A program made the position numbers and the translations under genes. Shown here piece after piece: positions 30,869 to 41,591 of a DNA stretch of 64,000 nucleotides (its first letter is position 1; each line of letters opens with the position of its first letter). This DNA is from Candidatus Latescibacterota bacterium. Lineage in GTDB: Bacteria > Latescibacterota > UBA2968 > GCA-2709665. The DNA lies in assembly GCA_963667175.2 (NCBI GenBank), contig CAXXXF010000016.1, forward strand, positions 128,001 through 192,000, in the 5' to 3' direction. Under the pieces are notes generated by a model, which saw nothing but the letters and a program-made list of their open reading frames with translations, was not told the DNA's origin and did no database searches.

Positions 30869-31878
30869 TCCGTGCGGCAGAACAACTGGCCCCGAAGGTG
30901 GGCTTGGCTTCGGCGTGCCGGGCCCTGGGTGTGGCGCGTGCTTCGGTCTACCGTGCGCGTAAGCCAGCCCCACGCACGCCTCGTGGCGCGCGGTCCTCGT
31001 CGCCACGTGCGCTTTCCCAAAACGAGCGCGCCGCCGTGCTGGACATCCTGCACGAGGACCGCTTCGCAGACCAGGCGCCACCGGCAGTCTACGCCGCGTT
31101 GCTGGAGGAAGGGCGGTATGTCTGCTCGATCCGGACCATGTACCGTCTGCTTCACGACGCAGGGGAAGTGCGCCAGCGGAGACACCAGCTCCGTCATCCA
31201 CGTCTGGAACCGCCCCGCTTGATGGCGGATGCACCCAACCAGGTCTGGACGTGGGATATCACGCGGCTGCCAGGACCACGCAAGTGGGTGACCTATCCCC
31301 TCTACGTCGTACTGGATCTGTTCTCACGCTATGTCGTGGCCTGGACGGTCGCCACAAGGGAGAGCGCCACATACGCCAAGCGCCTGATTGCCAACGCATG
31401 CCAGAAACAGGGCATTCAACCCGGACAACTGACGCTGCACCAGGACCGCGGCGCACCCATGACGGCCAAGACCTTTTCGCAGTTGCTGATGGACCTCGAC
31501 ATCCTGGCCAGCTACTCTCGACCCCGTGTGTCCGATGACAACCCGTATTCCGAAAGCCAATTCAAGACGCTCAAATACGCGCCTTCATACCCCGGGCGCT
31601 TCACCAACCCGCAAGAAGCACGCACCTATTTACAGGCCTTCTTTCCCTGGTACAACACACAACACCGGCACAGCGGACTGGGCTTACTCACGCCCGATAC
31701 CGTCCACCACGGGCTGACACAGCAGTTTCAAGCCGCCAGACAATCGGTGCTGGACCAGGCCTATCACAACCACCCTGAACGATTTGTTAAGGGGCATCCT
31801 CGTCCACCACGCGTTCCAGACCAAGTCTGGATTAACCAACCACAGAACACCATCGAATGCCATCAGTTGCTTCACTAA
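30865..31878 (+). CDS. IS3-family transposase OrfB (rve DDE integrase core)
   Basis: PNQVWTWDIT, LHQDRG, DDNPYSESQFKTLK. Confidence 0.92.
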   Translation: MIRAAEQLAPKVGLASACRALGVARASVYRARKPAPRTPRGARSSSPRALSQNERAAVLDILHEDRFADQAPPAVYAALLEEGRYVCSIRTMYRLLHDAGEVRQRRHQLRHPRLEPPRLMADAPNQVWTWDITRLPGPRKWVTYPLYVVLDLFSRYVVAWTVATRESATYAKRLIANACQKQGIQPGQLTLHQDRGAPMTAKTFSQLLMDLDILASYSRPRVSDDNPYSESQFKTLKYAPSYPGRFTNPQEARTYLQAFFPWYNTQHRHSGLGLLTPDTVHHGLTQQFQAARQSVLDQAYHNHPERFVKGHPRPPRVPDQVWINQPQNTIECHQLLH

Positions 31879-32363
31879 ATTCCAACGGGAGGTGTCTCAT
31901 TTCTATTGACACGTTCCGGCGCTTTGTTACGGAATCTCCAGAATGTGCATTATGCTTACAACTGACAAGCCACCGTACACGCGTCACTCCTCCGACTCCA
32001 GTACGAGTCTCTTCAACTATCAAGTCACGGCCCGCGTCTGGGCCACGATCCGGGCCCTCAATAATCCTGAAGTTCAGGTGTTCTAGGAATTCACGAGCAA
32101 ATAACTCGAATTGATCGCGGTTATGTCCACCCGACGAACTGGCGATTTCCTTGAAGTCAAAAATTGGCATTTGTTGGTCACCCTCCCATAAGAAGTGACG
32201 GCCAAATCCACAAGCCACCGAGCAACCAGCCGTCACCGGCCCTTCGACAGACTTAGGGCGCCGGCACGACTCCTGCCTGCCTGTCGCGAAATTCGCGGCG
32301 CATGCAGAGCTGAACAACGCGAAGCCACGCCAGGTAGGTTCATCTACTCATCTAAGCCATTTT

Positions 32364-32969
32364 TCAGGCTGTTGCCAAGTGACTGGCCATTTCACGGCCA
32401 TATTGCGAAATCGCCCGAAATAGAACCTCTTCGATACCCCAATTGCGTTGGTTGTCGTCAAACCAACTCAATGCTTGAACAAAGTCATCCCGGGTGTATT
32501 TTTTTCGTTTCCAAAGATGCTCGAAATCTCCAATAGAAATATTGTCGATCCAGCGAATCTTCCATTCCACAGCAGTCGCTTCTTCAGGATTAGCAACATT
32601 TCCCCAAAATAACCGCCGTTTTTCATCGTCAATTATTGCTGATGAAACGTGAATTTGAAAATTTCTGAGCTCCCGTACGACACATAGCAGCGGCTGACCG
32701 GAAGTATTCAGTCTATGTTTGGGGCGTGTATGTTGGACATCCTCAATGGAAACGAGTTCGGTTAAGGCTGCACGAATGAGGGCACCTTGAAATCGGTCTT
32801 CATTCCGATTTTGTCCTCCGATCTTGCTTATGAATTCAAGAGAATTCTCAATGCGATCAAGAATCTCCGGCTCGACTCCCAACGACTTCTTAATGCTATC
32901 TTCAAGAGTAAGGAAGACATGACCTCGGTCAATTGTAGTGAGATTATTGAAATCCATTGAAATGGTCAT
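32364..32969 (-). CDS. Hypothetical protein, possible HEPN domain
   Basis: Helical, low-GC ORF with LRNFQIH (RX4H); start uncertain. Confidence 0.55.
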   Translation of the reverse strand: MTISMDFNNLTTIDRGHVFLTLEDSIKKSLGVEPEILDRIENSLEFISKIGGQNRNEDRFQGALIRAALTELVSIEDVQHTRPKHRLNTSGQPLLCVVRELRNFQIHVSSAIIDDEKRRLFWGNVANPEEATAVEWKIRWIDNISIGDFEHLWKRKKYTRDDFVQALSWFDDNQRNWGIEEVLFRAISQYGREMASHLATA

Positions 32970-33747
32970 GATGAGCTCCGTATATTTGCTTTCAACAACT
33001 GGTGGACCGGTACAGACGCTGGCTACCACCGTTTGAGTCTCAACGTACCTTGGCTAGGTCAGTCTCACAAATGGGGACTGAGCGACGGTACCGGTGGGCT
33101 CGTGCCGCTTCCCGCCAACTTGCCGTAAGGTCGGTTTTGAGTTTGTTTCATTTACTAAAAACCGCTATATTGGCTCTTGTCAACGTCCTTGCAGCCTCCG
33201 CATGTCGGGTGGCCTGCCGAATAAAAGAGCCGCTTATCAAAGTGGCGGGTCGCTCCCGTCTCTGGCGAATAAGCAGGAACCTTCCCGCATACAAACTGCG
33301 AGGATGTTGACAACCACCTGGCACCTTATAACAGGTGCCGAGAGGAAGTCCATACTCATGGTTTGGGGGAGGTTTCGATGTCTCGCTCTCGTTGGGTTCT
33401 TTCCAGTTTCTCAATAGCTCTGTTCGTGGCCGGGTGTGCCAAGGGTACGGTTTGGGTGAAGCCTCGAACGAATCTCAGTGATCTTAAGCGTATTACTGTC
33501 CTACCTTTTGAAAGTAATAAGCCTGGGCTGGGAGATGAGATCTCAAACAGAATGGCGACAGCTCTACTTCAACTAGGTCATTTCGATGTCTCCGATGCGG
33601 CACGCTTTCAGTCAGGTGAAGGCGCCGTGTCGTCCAATGCGGTTTTTGACGGCTCCGATGCGGATGCTGTCATGACAGGCTCAATCCGAAGGTACGGAAA
33701 CTGGTTCACTGGCAAGGACATGAACATTGACGTCAAGCTGACGAGTA

Positions 33748-34969
33748 GTACCTATTGACTTCTAATCCTGGGCGTGCTTATAGTTTGATGTCTCCCCTTA
33801 AGAGGAAGGAGCCATCGGCATGCCAAAGAAATACGTTGTGCGTCTGAGTCCCGAAGAACGTGAGTGTCTGGAGGATCTGGTAAACAAAGGCAAGACGCAA
33901 GCCTACCGAATCCGGCACGCCCACATCCTCCTGAAGGCGGATGCGGAGGGTCCGGCGTGGCTGGATCGTCAGATCACGGAGGCCTTTTCGTGCAATCGGT
34001 CTACGGTTGAGAACATCCGTAAGCGTTTTGTGTTGGGTGGCCTGGAATCGGCCCTTGACCGAAAGAAGCGCGCGCATCCACCCACCGAGAGAAAGCTGGA
34101 TGGGGCCAAGGAAGCCCGCTTGATCGCGTTGGCTTGCAGTGAACCCCCAAAGGGGCGTAAGCGGTGGACGCTGAAGCTGTTGGCCGATGAGCTTGTGGCC
34201 TTAGAGGTCGTGGAAAGCATCTCCTACCGAACGGTGCAGAGGACGCTAAAAAAAACAAGCTTAAGCCTCACCTGAGAAAGTGCTGGGTGATCCCGCCCGA
34301 GCGGAACGCCGAGTTTGTCGCCGCGATGGAGGATATCTTAGACGTCTATCAACGGCCGTATGATGCCTCGAGGCCCGTGGTCAATATGGACGAACACCTG
34401 GTACAATTGGTCAAGGAGACGCGGTTTGGGGTCGCAACACGTCCTGACAGCCCCCAACGCTTTGACTACGAGTATGAACGGAACGGAACCGCCGTGAACT
34501 TCATGTTCACCGAAGCCCTTTCGGGCTGGCGCAAGGTGAGCGTAAGACAACGCAAGACCGCACGGGACTGGGCACACGAGATCAAGGCGCTTCTGGATAT
34601 ACACTACCGTGAAGCCGAAACCGTCGTGTTGGTGTGTGATAACCTCAACACGCACAAGCCTGCGGCACTCTACAAGGCCTTCCCACCCGAAGAAGCGCGA
34701 CGGCTGGCCAGGCGTCTCGAAATCCACTACACACCCAAGCACGGGAGCTGGCTCAACATTGCAGAGATCGAACTGAGCGTCTTGAGCAGCCAATGCTTGA
34801 AGGAACGCATCCCCGATATCGAATCCCTCAAAGAACAGACTTCCGCCTGGATGAACGATCGCAACAACAAATGCCAGACCGTCGATTGGCGGTTCACGAC
34901 CGACGATGCTCGCATCAAACTGAAAAGGCTGTACCCAGACTACGCCGAAATTTAGGCGTCAATGGGTAG
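33748..34969 (+). mobile_element. IS630-family element, copy 1
   Basis: TA target duplication; TIRs gtacctattgac / gtcaatgggtag. Confidence 0.93.
33820..34955 (+). CDS. IS630 transposase in two ORFs, probably joined by a programmed frameshift at the A-run
   Basis: HTH ORF ends near ctaaaaaaaacaagc; DDE ORF has VNMDE, CDNLNTH, SWLNIAEIE. Confidence 0.9.
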
Positions 34970-35217
34970 TAGATCAGGCGGCATTGTCTGGACGTGTAAC
35001 TACAAGACGGACTGGGCCTTCACGGGACTGGGAACAGAAGGGTCCTTAGCCAGTAAAATCGTAAAGGAGGTTGTTAAGAGATTCAGGGAGAGCGCTGGCC
35101 GTTAGGTTTCCGCGATACTTCAGTAGAAAAGCCCTGACGCAACAGACTTGCTTGGCATCAGTCGTCATCCATTATATCGCCATTGCATGCAATGAAGGAA
35201 CAGAATCCGGTGTGAAG

Positions 35218-35516
35218 GTGGGGCAGACATTCCTGTCTGCCCTTCTCATTATGCTTCTCTCGGAACGCAGACTGAAGTGTGGCTAGGGCCGAAGTTGAAA
35301 TCCCCCCACCGCATCAGCCGTCGCCTGACGGCTCGGCTTCTGCGACTCCCCCTCAAGAGGGGAGTGATTCGACCGCCAATCGGGATCGCGCGCTTACGAC
35401 CACCGATATGGTTGTGCCTGAGCATTGCGAAGCCGCGCCAGGTAGGGGCAGGTTTGAAACCTGCCCCTGTAGTTTGTTTCGATGTACGTGAGCAGACAGG
35501 AATGTCTGCTCCCCCC
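35218..35516. repeat. Cluster of nested REP-like palindromes
   Basis: gtggggcagacattcctgtctgccc (35218) with an inverted mate at 35491; gtaggggcaggtttgaaacctgcccct (35442); actccccctcaagaggggagtgat (35345), related to the 7.0/8.0 kb repeats. Confidence 0.8.
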
Positions 35517-36402
35517 TTCGATTGAGGTGACGCTTGAAGTCATAATCCAAGAATTCAGTATGGCCGTGGCACGTTTAACGGCTGCTTCTGTCAAATTCGA
35601 GCCTGTCCGCCTGCTGATTGAGTTCGGCCAACGCCTCTTCGGCATACTCAAGGGATTCTCGCAGCCTTTCTGTACAGTCGAATTCACGGTCGATAAATTC
35701 ACCTGAATCCTCGATCTCCGATTGAGCCACAACGCCTAACCTAATCAAGAATAGAGTGCTGCTCTCGCGACGGAAAAGACACCTGAAGTTCTACAAAATA
35801 AATAGAAACATTAAGTTAATACGTCCAAAGATTGAGACTGAATTGCTCTAACCACAGCTCGGCCGTCCTTAAGGACGGCTCGAATATGACTCTCCAAGTC
35901 CGCCGCGGTTCGTGCATACGCGCCAATATACCCGGAACGCAGAAGGCCAAGGAAACCCTCTTGGCGAAGGTACCTTCCGTCTAAAGAATCGTAAGTAATT
36001 CGGAAGGCGCCTCGTGGTCCGATAAATTTGGGATCGCGGCGAAGAATATCGAAGTGGTCCACAGGGATTGTCACAGGGCTTTTACCCAATGTTGCATCGC
36101 GTCTCACAAACCTAAGGTAGAAAACTTGTGGATTAATTCTGTATTCGAGTGGTCCGGAAGAATGCGTTTGGCTAAAGCGTTTCATGCGGCTCAGTTCTGC
36201 CTTTAGCTGATCATCGGGACGATATATCCAATCCGTCTTATGACCATTATAGTCTGGCTCCAACATCTTATATTGCACCATCACGATGTTTCGCTTGACG
36301 GCATTAAGGTAGATTAAATCGACACCGAATACATGTTCAAGCGGTAGCCTATTGGCCGTGATAATTTCGAGGAATTCGCCACTATTTTGGAAAATCGCCC
36401 TA

Positions 36403-37624
36403 CTACCTATTGACTTCTAATCCTGGGCGTGCTTATAGTTTGATGTCTCCCCTTAAGGGGAAGGAGCCATCGGCATGCCAAAGAAATACGTTGTGCGTCT
36501 GAGTCCCGAAGAACGTGAGTGTCTGGAGGATCTGGTAAACAAAGGCAAGACGCAAGCCTACCGAATCCGGCACGCCCACATCCTCCTGAAGGCGGATGCG
36601 GAGGGTCCGGCGTGGCTGGATCGTCAGATCACGGAGGCCTTTTCGTGCAATCGGTCTACGGTTGAGAACATCCGTAAGCGTTATGTGTTGGGTGGCCTGG
36701 AATCGGCCCTTGACCGAAAGAAGCGCGCGCATCCACCCACCGAGAGAAAGCTGGATGGGGCCAAGGAAGCCCGCTTGATCGCGTTGGCTTGCAGTGAACC
36801 CCCAAAGGGACGTAAGCGGTGGACGCTGAAGCTGTTGGCCGATGAGCTTGTGGCCTTAGAGGTCGTGGAAAGCATCTCCTACCGAACGGTGCAGAGGACG
36901 CTAAAAAAAACAAGCTTAAGCCTCACCTGAGAAAGTGCTGGGTGATCCCGCCCGAGCGGAACGCCGAGTTTGTCGCCGCGATGGAGGATATCTTAGACGT
37001 CTATCAACGGCCGTATGACGCCTCGAGGCCCGTGGTCAATATGGACGAACACCTGGTACAATTGGTCAAGGAGACGCGGTTTGGGGTCGCAACACGTCCT
37101 GACAGCCCCCAACGCTTTGACTACGAGTATGAACGGAACGGAACCGCCGTGAACTTCATGTTCACCGAAGCCCTTTCGGGCTGGCGCAAGGTGAGCGTAA
37201 GACAACGCAAGACCGCACGGGACTGGGCACACGAGATCAAGGCGCTTCTGGATATACACTACCGTGAAGCCGAAACCGTCGTGTTGGTGTGTGATAACCT
37301 CAACACGCACAAGCCTGCGGCACTCTACAAGGCCTTCCCACCCGAAGAAGCGCGACGGCTGGCCAGGCGTCTCGAAATCCACTACACACCCAAGCACGGG
37401 AGCTGGCTCAACATTGCAGAGATCGAACTGAGCGTCTTGAGCAGCCAATGCTTGAAGGAACGCATCCCCGATATCGAATCCCTCAAAGAACAGACTTCCG
37501 CCTGGATGAACGATCGCAACAACAAATGCCAGACCGTCGATTGGCGGTTCACGACCGACGATGCTCGCATCAAACTGAAAAGGCTGTACCCAGACTACGC
37601 CGAAATTTAGGCGTCAATGGGTAC
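36403..37624 (+). mobile_element. IS630-family element, copy 2
   Basis: Nearly identical to copy 1 (a few SNPs); TA duplication at 36401-36402 and 37625-37626. Confidence 0.93.
36475..37610 (+). CDS. IS630 transposase (frameshifted two-ORF form)
   Basis: Same protein as copy 1 except one F->Y change in the first ORF. Confidence 0.9.
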
Positions 37625-38605
37625 TACCAGTCAGATCACTATCCATTAGCTTGAATCCTGGAACCGTTCTGGCGTCGTGTTCTATGACTGAATCTTCATG
37701 AACCTTAACAACCTTATTCCGCCAATACTCACTGTCCCGGCTATACGAGGTCTCAACTCGATTGAGTGCAGTTTCGCGGTGGTCTGCCGAACTAACCAAG
37801 AGGGCGGACGCGGATGCCGGCAACCCAAATGCCTTAAGCGAAAGATCGACTGCATCTTGCTGAAGTGCGCTATTACCCGAATACGTCTTCGGTGATTCTA
37901 TCTGTTCAATTACAGCCTGCATTGCTTTTTGATTTGCATCAATCGCTGCGAGCGCCTTGATCAAATGTACACTCAACTTGGGAGACAATGGTATCACTGG
38001 CTCTTGGGATTCAAGTCGACTACGCAGAATTGCCTTGAGCGATGATTCTGTTACAAGACTCAAAATTCCTTCCTCGGTTGGCGGATGCACCTTACGGACA
38101 GCCGAAAATTTAATGCGACTGTCTAGCGTCGTAACCGCGGTACATGACTTCACTAATCCGATATAAGCCTCGGTGTCACCTATTGGCATCTTCCCGATTA
38201 GTATTCCAACAGAGAGGTCGCGCACCTTTTCAGTTAGGGAATGGATACGAGCAATCGTAAACTGTTGGATTCGGTTGGCGTATTCGAGAGCTCCCCATTC
38301 CTCTTGTGAGAAACGGTAGATTACCAGCGGTTTCCGGCCAACCAAATTTGTGATTGTATTGATCCATCGCATGCGAATACCTTTCCAAGTGCTAGATTTC
38401 CGTACACGCAATTAACCTCAGATCGGTCGCGCCTCTGACACACCTGACGCAAGTAGACCGCTGGTTTTGAGGGCAGCAGAGAAAATAAATCTTGCCCTTT
38501 GTCAACTATAAATCTACCTTCCTGCTGTTTACGTTTTTGCGGTTGGAGATTCATTGTCAACCACGGCATCGCCAAATTGAATTTGGTCAATTAAGGAGAA
38601 TCCGT

Positions 38606-38815
38606 ATGCCTATCGAGCCGACCCCATCCGAATTCGAAGTGTTGCACAACGATCTTGCTGAAATAAAAGCCTTGCTGGTATTGTTGATAGAGGTGAACGG
38701 CGGAAGCGTAGCATTAGAGGACCGGCATTTAAAGGATACCATCAAGAACGCTGAGAGAGACGAACTTCATAATGTTGCAGCCATGTTAAAACCACTCCTG
38801 AAAAATCCAGAATAA
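38606..38815 (+). CDS. Small hypothetical protein, possibly an IS1595 passenger
   Basis: RBS aggag then ATG MPIEPTP..; converges on the IS1595 remnant. Confidence 0.5.
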   Translation: MPIEPTPSEFEVLHNDLAEIKALLVLLIEVNGGSVALEDRHLKDTIKNAERDELHNVAAMLKPLLKNPE

Positions 38816-38825
38816 CCAGCCCCGC

Positions 38826-39116
38826 TTACGTCGTCAGTTCCTCGTATTTCACTCGTTTACCGATCATGCCGGCTACGACATCTGCCATCTGGTCGATGGT
38901 ATCTAGATCTCGGATGTTGTGCCCGCTCGTGAATTTATCGACGTATCGGTGCAGGTGCTTTCCCGACAACAATCCATGGTACATCTTGTTCCGGATGATT
39001 TGATGTACGACCTTGTACTTCGCGACACCATCCTCAAGGGCCGCGTGTGCCCTTGCAAGTTTCGCACAGGACCAGGCTATCTGCTCGCGTACCGTCGTGG
39101 GAACTGGTATAGCCAT
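38826..39116 (-). pseudogene. Chimeric remnant: unrelated N-terminus fused to an IS1595 transposase C-terminus
   Basis: C-terminal SGKHLHRYVDKF..HNIRDLDTIDQM..MIGKRVKYEEL resembles IS1595 ends; N-terminus recalls HNH-nuclease N-termini. Confidence 0.6.
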
Positions 39117-39356
39117 GACTTAGTCTTCATCGAAACCGATGTTAGGCAAGAGACAGTGCAACCGGTTCTTCTGTCCAATTCTCTTGTGGCCGTCTCCGCA
39201 GCAATGGACCTCACGGGCTCGATGCGTCACCGAGCCGGTTTCAGTATGCGGTATAGCGTTTCCGGAAACCCCTGTAATCCGACGCCGCATCCCTTCTGGC
39301 AGGCTCCATCCAAAGCCGCCGCAACCGTTCGCTGAAGTGTTCTGCTGAGCGATAAT

Positions 39357-40350
39357 TCATTCCCATTCACTCCCATCAAGTTTCTCGGCGACCTCCGAAG
39401 CGTCGACAAAGTCTCCGATTTCTTCTTTCAAATTGACGAACCTTCTGCCAAATAATCCACCAGACGATGACTTGGTGTAATTGGTTTCTATTGGGTTGCC
39501 GCAGAAAAAGCGGTGGCCCGTTTCGACTCTGTAACCGCAACGTCTTTTCGCTTCACCAATAACAGTAATAATCTTGCCGTCATACTCGTCGGTGTCTCGA
39601 CCCTGTATCAAGGTCTTGTCGAGTCGCCTACCGTCATAGTCAACATCATACACACTTTCAATCTTCCAAAGCACTCGAACTGCTTTGTTTGTGTAAATCC
39701 CCACATAGTCATGCTTTCGATATCCACGGTCAGATGGATCAAAATAGATCCCATGCTCCCGATTGATTTCAAAGCTTATTCCACACGGAACGATTCTCAT
39801 CAAAAACCTTGATTGATCGACCAGACCGGTTTCATTGCAATAATCAATGTAGTCATCGGCTAACGATTGCATATTCTGCAAAAAGCTTCCCAAGTGCCGT
39901 GCAAATCGTTTCGTATGTCGTACTGCAAAACACGACACTTGGATACTTGCTCCTGATAGTTTCTGAAATCCTATCTTTATCCCTTTCGTCGATCTCTTGT
40001 CTGGTCAAAAGCAACAAAATCTGTTGTGACTCGCCTTCAAAGCCCCGTGCATGGCGAAGTAGCTGCTTCTCGCTAAACCCTTGATCGACCTTTGATTCAA
40101 TCAATATCTTGAAGCTCTTCTGTATAATCGCTCCATCTGGAATCGAATTCTTCGCACGCGTCTGTTGGTTTATTTCGACCCCGATTTCAATGGGATCGCC
40201 GGTGACATCCATTATGCCAGTGACATCAGTCAGAAACCTCGACGCGCGTGAGGCGGAATACTCATAGATTCGTGCCAAGAGCTGTAAGGTATTGTTTGTT
40301 ATTGTGTTTTCAGCTGAAGAATAACGTTGAAAGTAGTGTATTTTCGACAT
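39357..40350 (-). pseudogene. PD-(D/E)XK-superfamily protein frameshifted near 39870
   Basis: HYFQRYS..EN..TNN, IPDGAI..ILIESK in the first ORF; the overlapping second ORF continues MQSLADDY. Confidence 0.7.
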
Positions 40351-40479
40351 GCGTTTTCCCCACTCTAAGGGCTAAACTGACAGGCTGTACTACTTGCACT
40401 CGGGTCCCCCGCGTCTACCCGGCGGGCGGTTAGTGAAGCGCTTCCATCGACGACTGGAATTGGACCGCAATGCTTCTTT

Positions 40480-40878
40480 CTACAGGCGGCGGACGTCGGG
40501 CAGGGCGGCCATCTTTTGGTCGAGCGTGAGGACTTGCATTCCAGCGCGTGAATAGTCGTCGGCGATAAGCCGGTCAAACAAGCCGGCGCCGCCGCAAGCA
40601 TGAAGGGCTTCGATAACCGAGCGCCCGTTCAGGGGGGAGACCAGGCCGCTGCCCAGCGCGTCGAGCAAAGAGGTTCGCGCATCGGCTTTCGATACGCCAT
40701 AGTGGTGCTGTACCGCCACGTAGGTCTCTCCGACGACCTGGTTTGAAACGAAGATTTCATGGCCGTGCTCGCGGACCAGCGCGCCAAGTTTGCTTACGCA
40801 ATACACGAAGTGTTCTTCCGGATCTCTGGTGAGCAACCGCACGAGGACTGACGTGTCAATCCCGAAGCGACGGGTCAT
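40480..40878 (-). CDS. PIN-domain toxin
   Basis: GIDTSVLVRLL..VVGE..GLFDRLI..LTLD. Confidence 0.85.
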   Translation of the reverse strand: MTRRFGIDTSVLVRLLTRDPEEHFVYCVSKLGALVREHGHEIFVSNQVVGETYVAVQHHYGVSKADARTSLLDALGSGLVSPLNGRSVIEALHACGGAGLFDRLIADDYSRAGMQVLTLDQKMAALPDVRRL

Positions 40879-41098
40879 ACGATTTCTCCCGGAATTTCTG
40901 GAGATCAAACGTCCCACGTCCGCGCCGGATCTTGTCGCGAAGCGTACCGAGACGGGAAAGATCAATCCGTCTGGGCTTCAGCGCGAACCCGTCGGGGCCT
41001 TCTACGATCTCGAGCTGGTCGCCCGGGCCCACCCCCAGGGCGTCGAGCACCCGCGCAGGAAAGGTGACCTGGCGTTTTGACGTGATTTTGACAATCAT
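40856..41098 (-). CDS. AbrB/MazE-type antitoxin
   Basis: MIVKITSKRQVTFPARVLDALGVGPGD; RBS aaggag. Confidence 0.88.
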   Translation of the reverse strand: MIVKITSKRQVTFPARVLDALGVGPGDQLEIVEGPDGFALKPRRIDLSRLGTLRDKIRRGRGTFDLQKFREKSYDPSLRD

Positions 41099-41107
41099 GC
41101 CGCATCT

Positions 41108-41146
41108 CCTTACTATTAATATAATAAAGTAAGGCAAACAGGTCAA
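41108..41146 (-). promoter_or_regulatory. Sigma70-like promoter with a palindromic operator (TA autoregulation)
   Basis: TTGACC-17 bp-TATATT on the minus strand; CCTTACT..AGTAAGG inverted repeat spans the -10 box. Confidence 0.65.
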
Positions 41147-41147
41147 G

Positions 41148-41588
41148 TCAGTCGCCACCAAACTCCATGTCCCCCGGCATCTCCCCCACCCGGCGTTCCG
41201 GTCCCGGGCGAAAGTCCGGGACCTTAAGGAGCTGGCTCCCCGCCTCGATCGAATCGTGCGCTCTGATCGCGGGCGCGACGGTGTCCATGGCCCTGTACAC
41301 GTCCAGCGGCAGCGGCTTGCCATCGCGCACGGCGTCTCTGAAGTGAAGGTGAACGTAATAGTCGGCGTCGCCGTGGCCGCTGCCCCGGGCGCCTGGCGGG
41401 ACATCCGTGCGCTGATACTGCCAGTCCACCTCAGCCCAGTCGTTCATCTGGGTATCGGCAAGCCACATCTTCGGCTTTTCGTTGAGCGAACGGCGCCACT
41501 CGATACTGCCCTCGGTGCCGATGAACTGCCACCAGTGGTGGTCGCCGTGCGGCCTGGGCTGGGTAAACCCGCACAACATCCGGACCAC
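41148..41588 (-). pseudogene. C-terminal fragment of a Gfo/Idh/MocA oxidoreductase
   Basis: IGTEGSIE, SGHGDADY, PLDVYRAMD..SIE.G...VPDFR; no Rossmann N-terminus. Confidence 0.65.
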
Positions 41589-41591
41589 CGT

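Larger units (their letters stand above)
30324..31918 (+). mobile_element. IS3-family insertion sequence
   Basis: Imperfect TIRs acgtgccaatatagggtgagaca / tgtctcatttctattgacacgt; GCGC (3-4 bp) target duplication; orfA + orfB. Confidence 0.88.
29621..32170 (-). pseudogene. Mrr-like restriction endonuclease (~315 aa, Cys-rich C-terminus) interrupted by IS3
   Basis: FELFAREFL..GPDAGRDLIV..LVSCKH; removing the IS restores ..SVTKRDELDIHDR.. in frame with ORF 29621-30193. Confidence 0.85.
33378..35105 (+). pseudogene. Putative lipoprotein interrupted by IS630
   Basis: Lipobox VAGC; removing the IS and one TA gives ..DVKLTSRSGGIVWTC..RESAGR* in frame. Confidence 0.78.
35811..38372 (-). pseudogene. 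Uncharacterised PD-(D/E)XK-like protein interrupted by IS630
   Basis: Removing the IS gives ..SDLTGRAIFQ..FGVDLIYLN..VMVQYK in frame. Confidence 0.78.

Noticed and set aside
33748-37624. Composite transposon formed by the two IS630 copies
   Set aside because: Each copy has its own TA duplication and interrupts a different gene that is restored in frame separately, so these are independent insertions.
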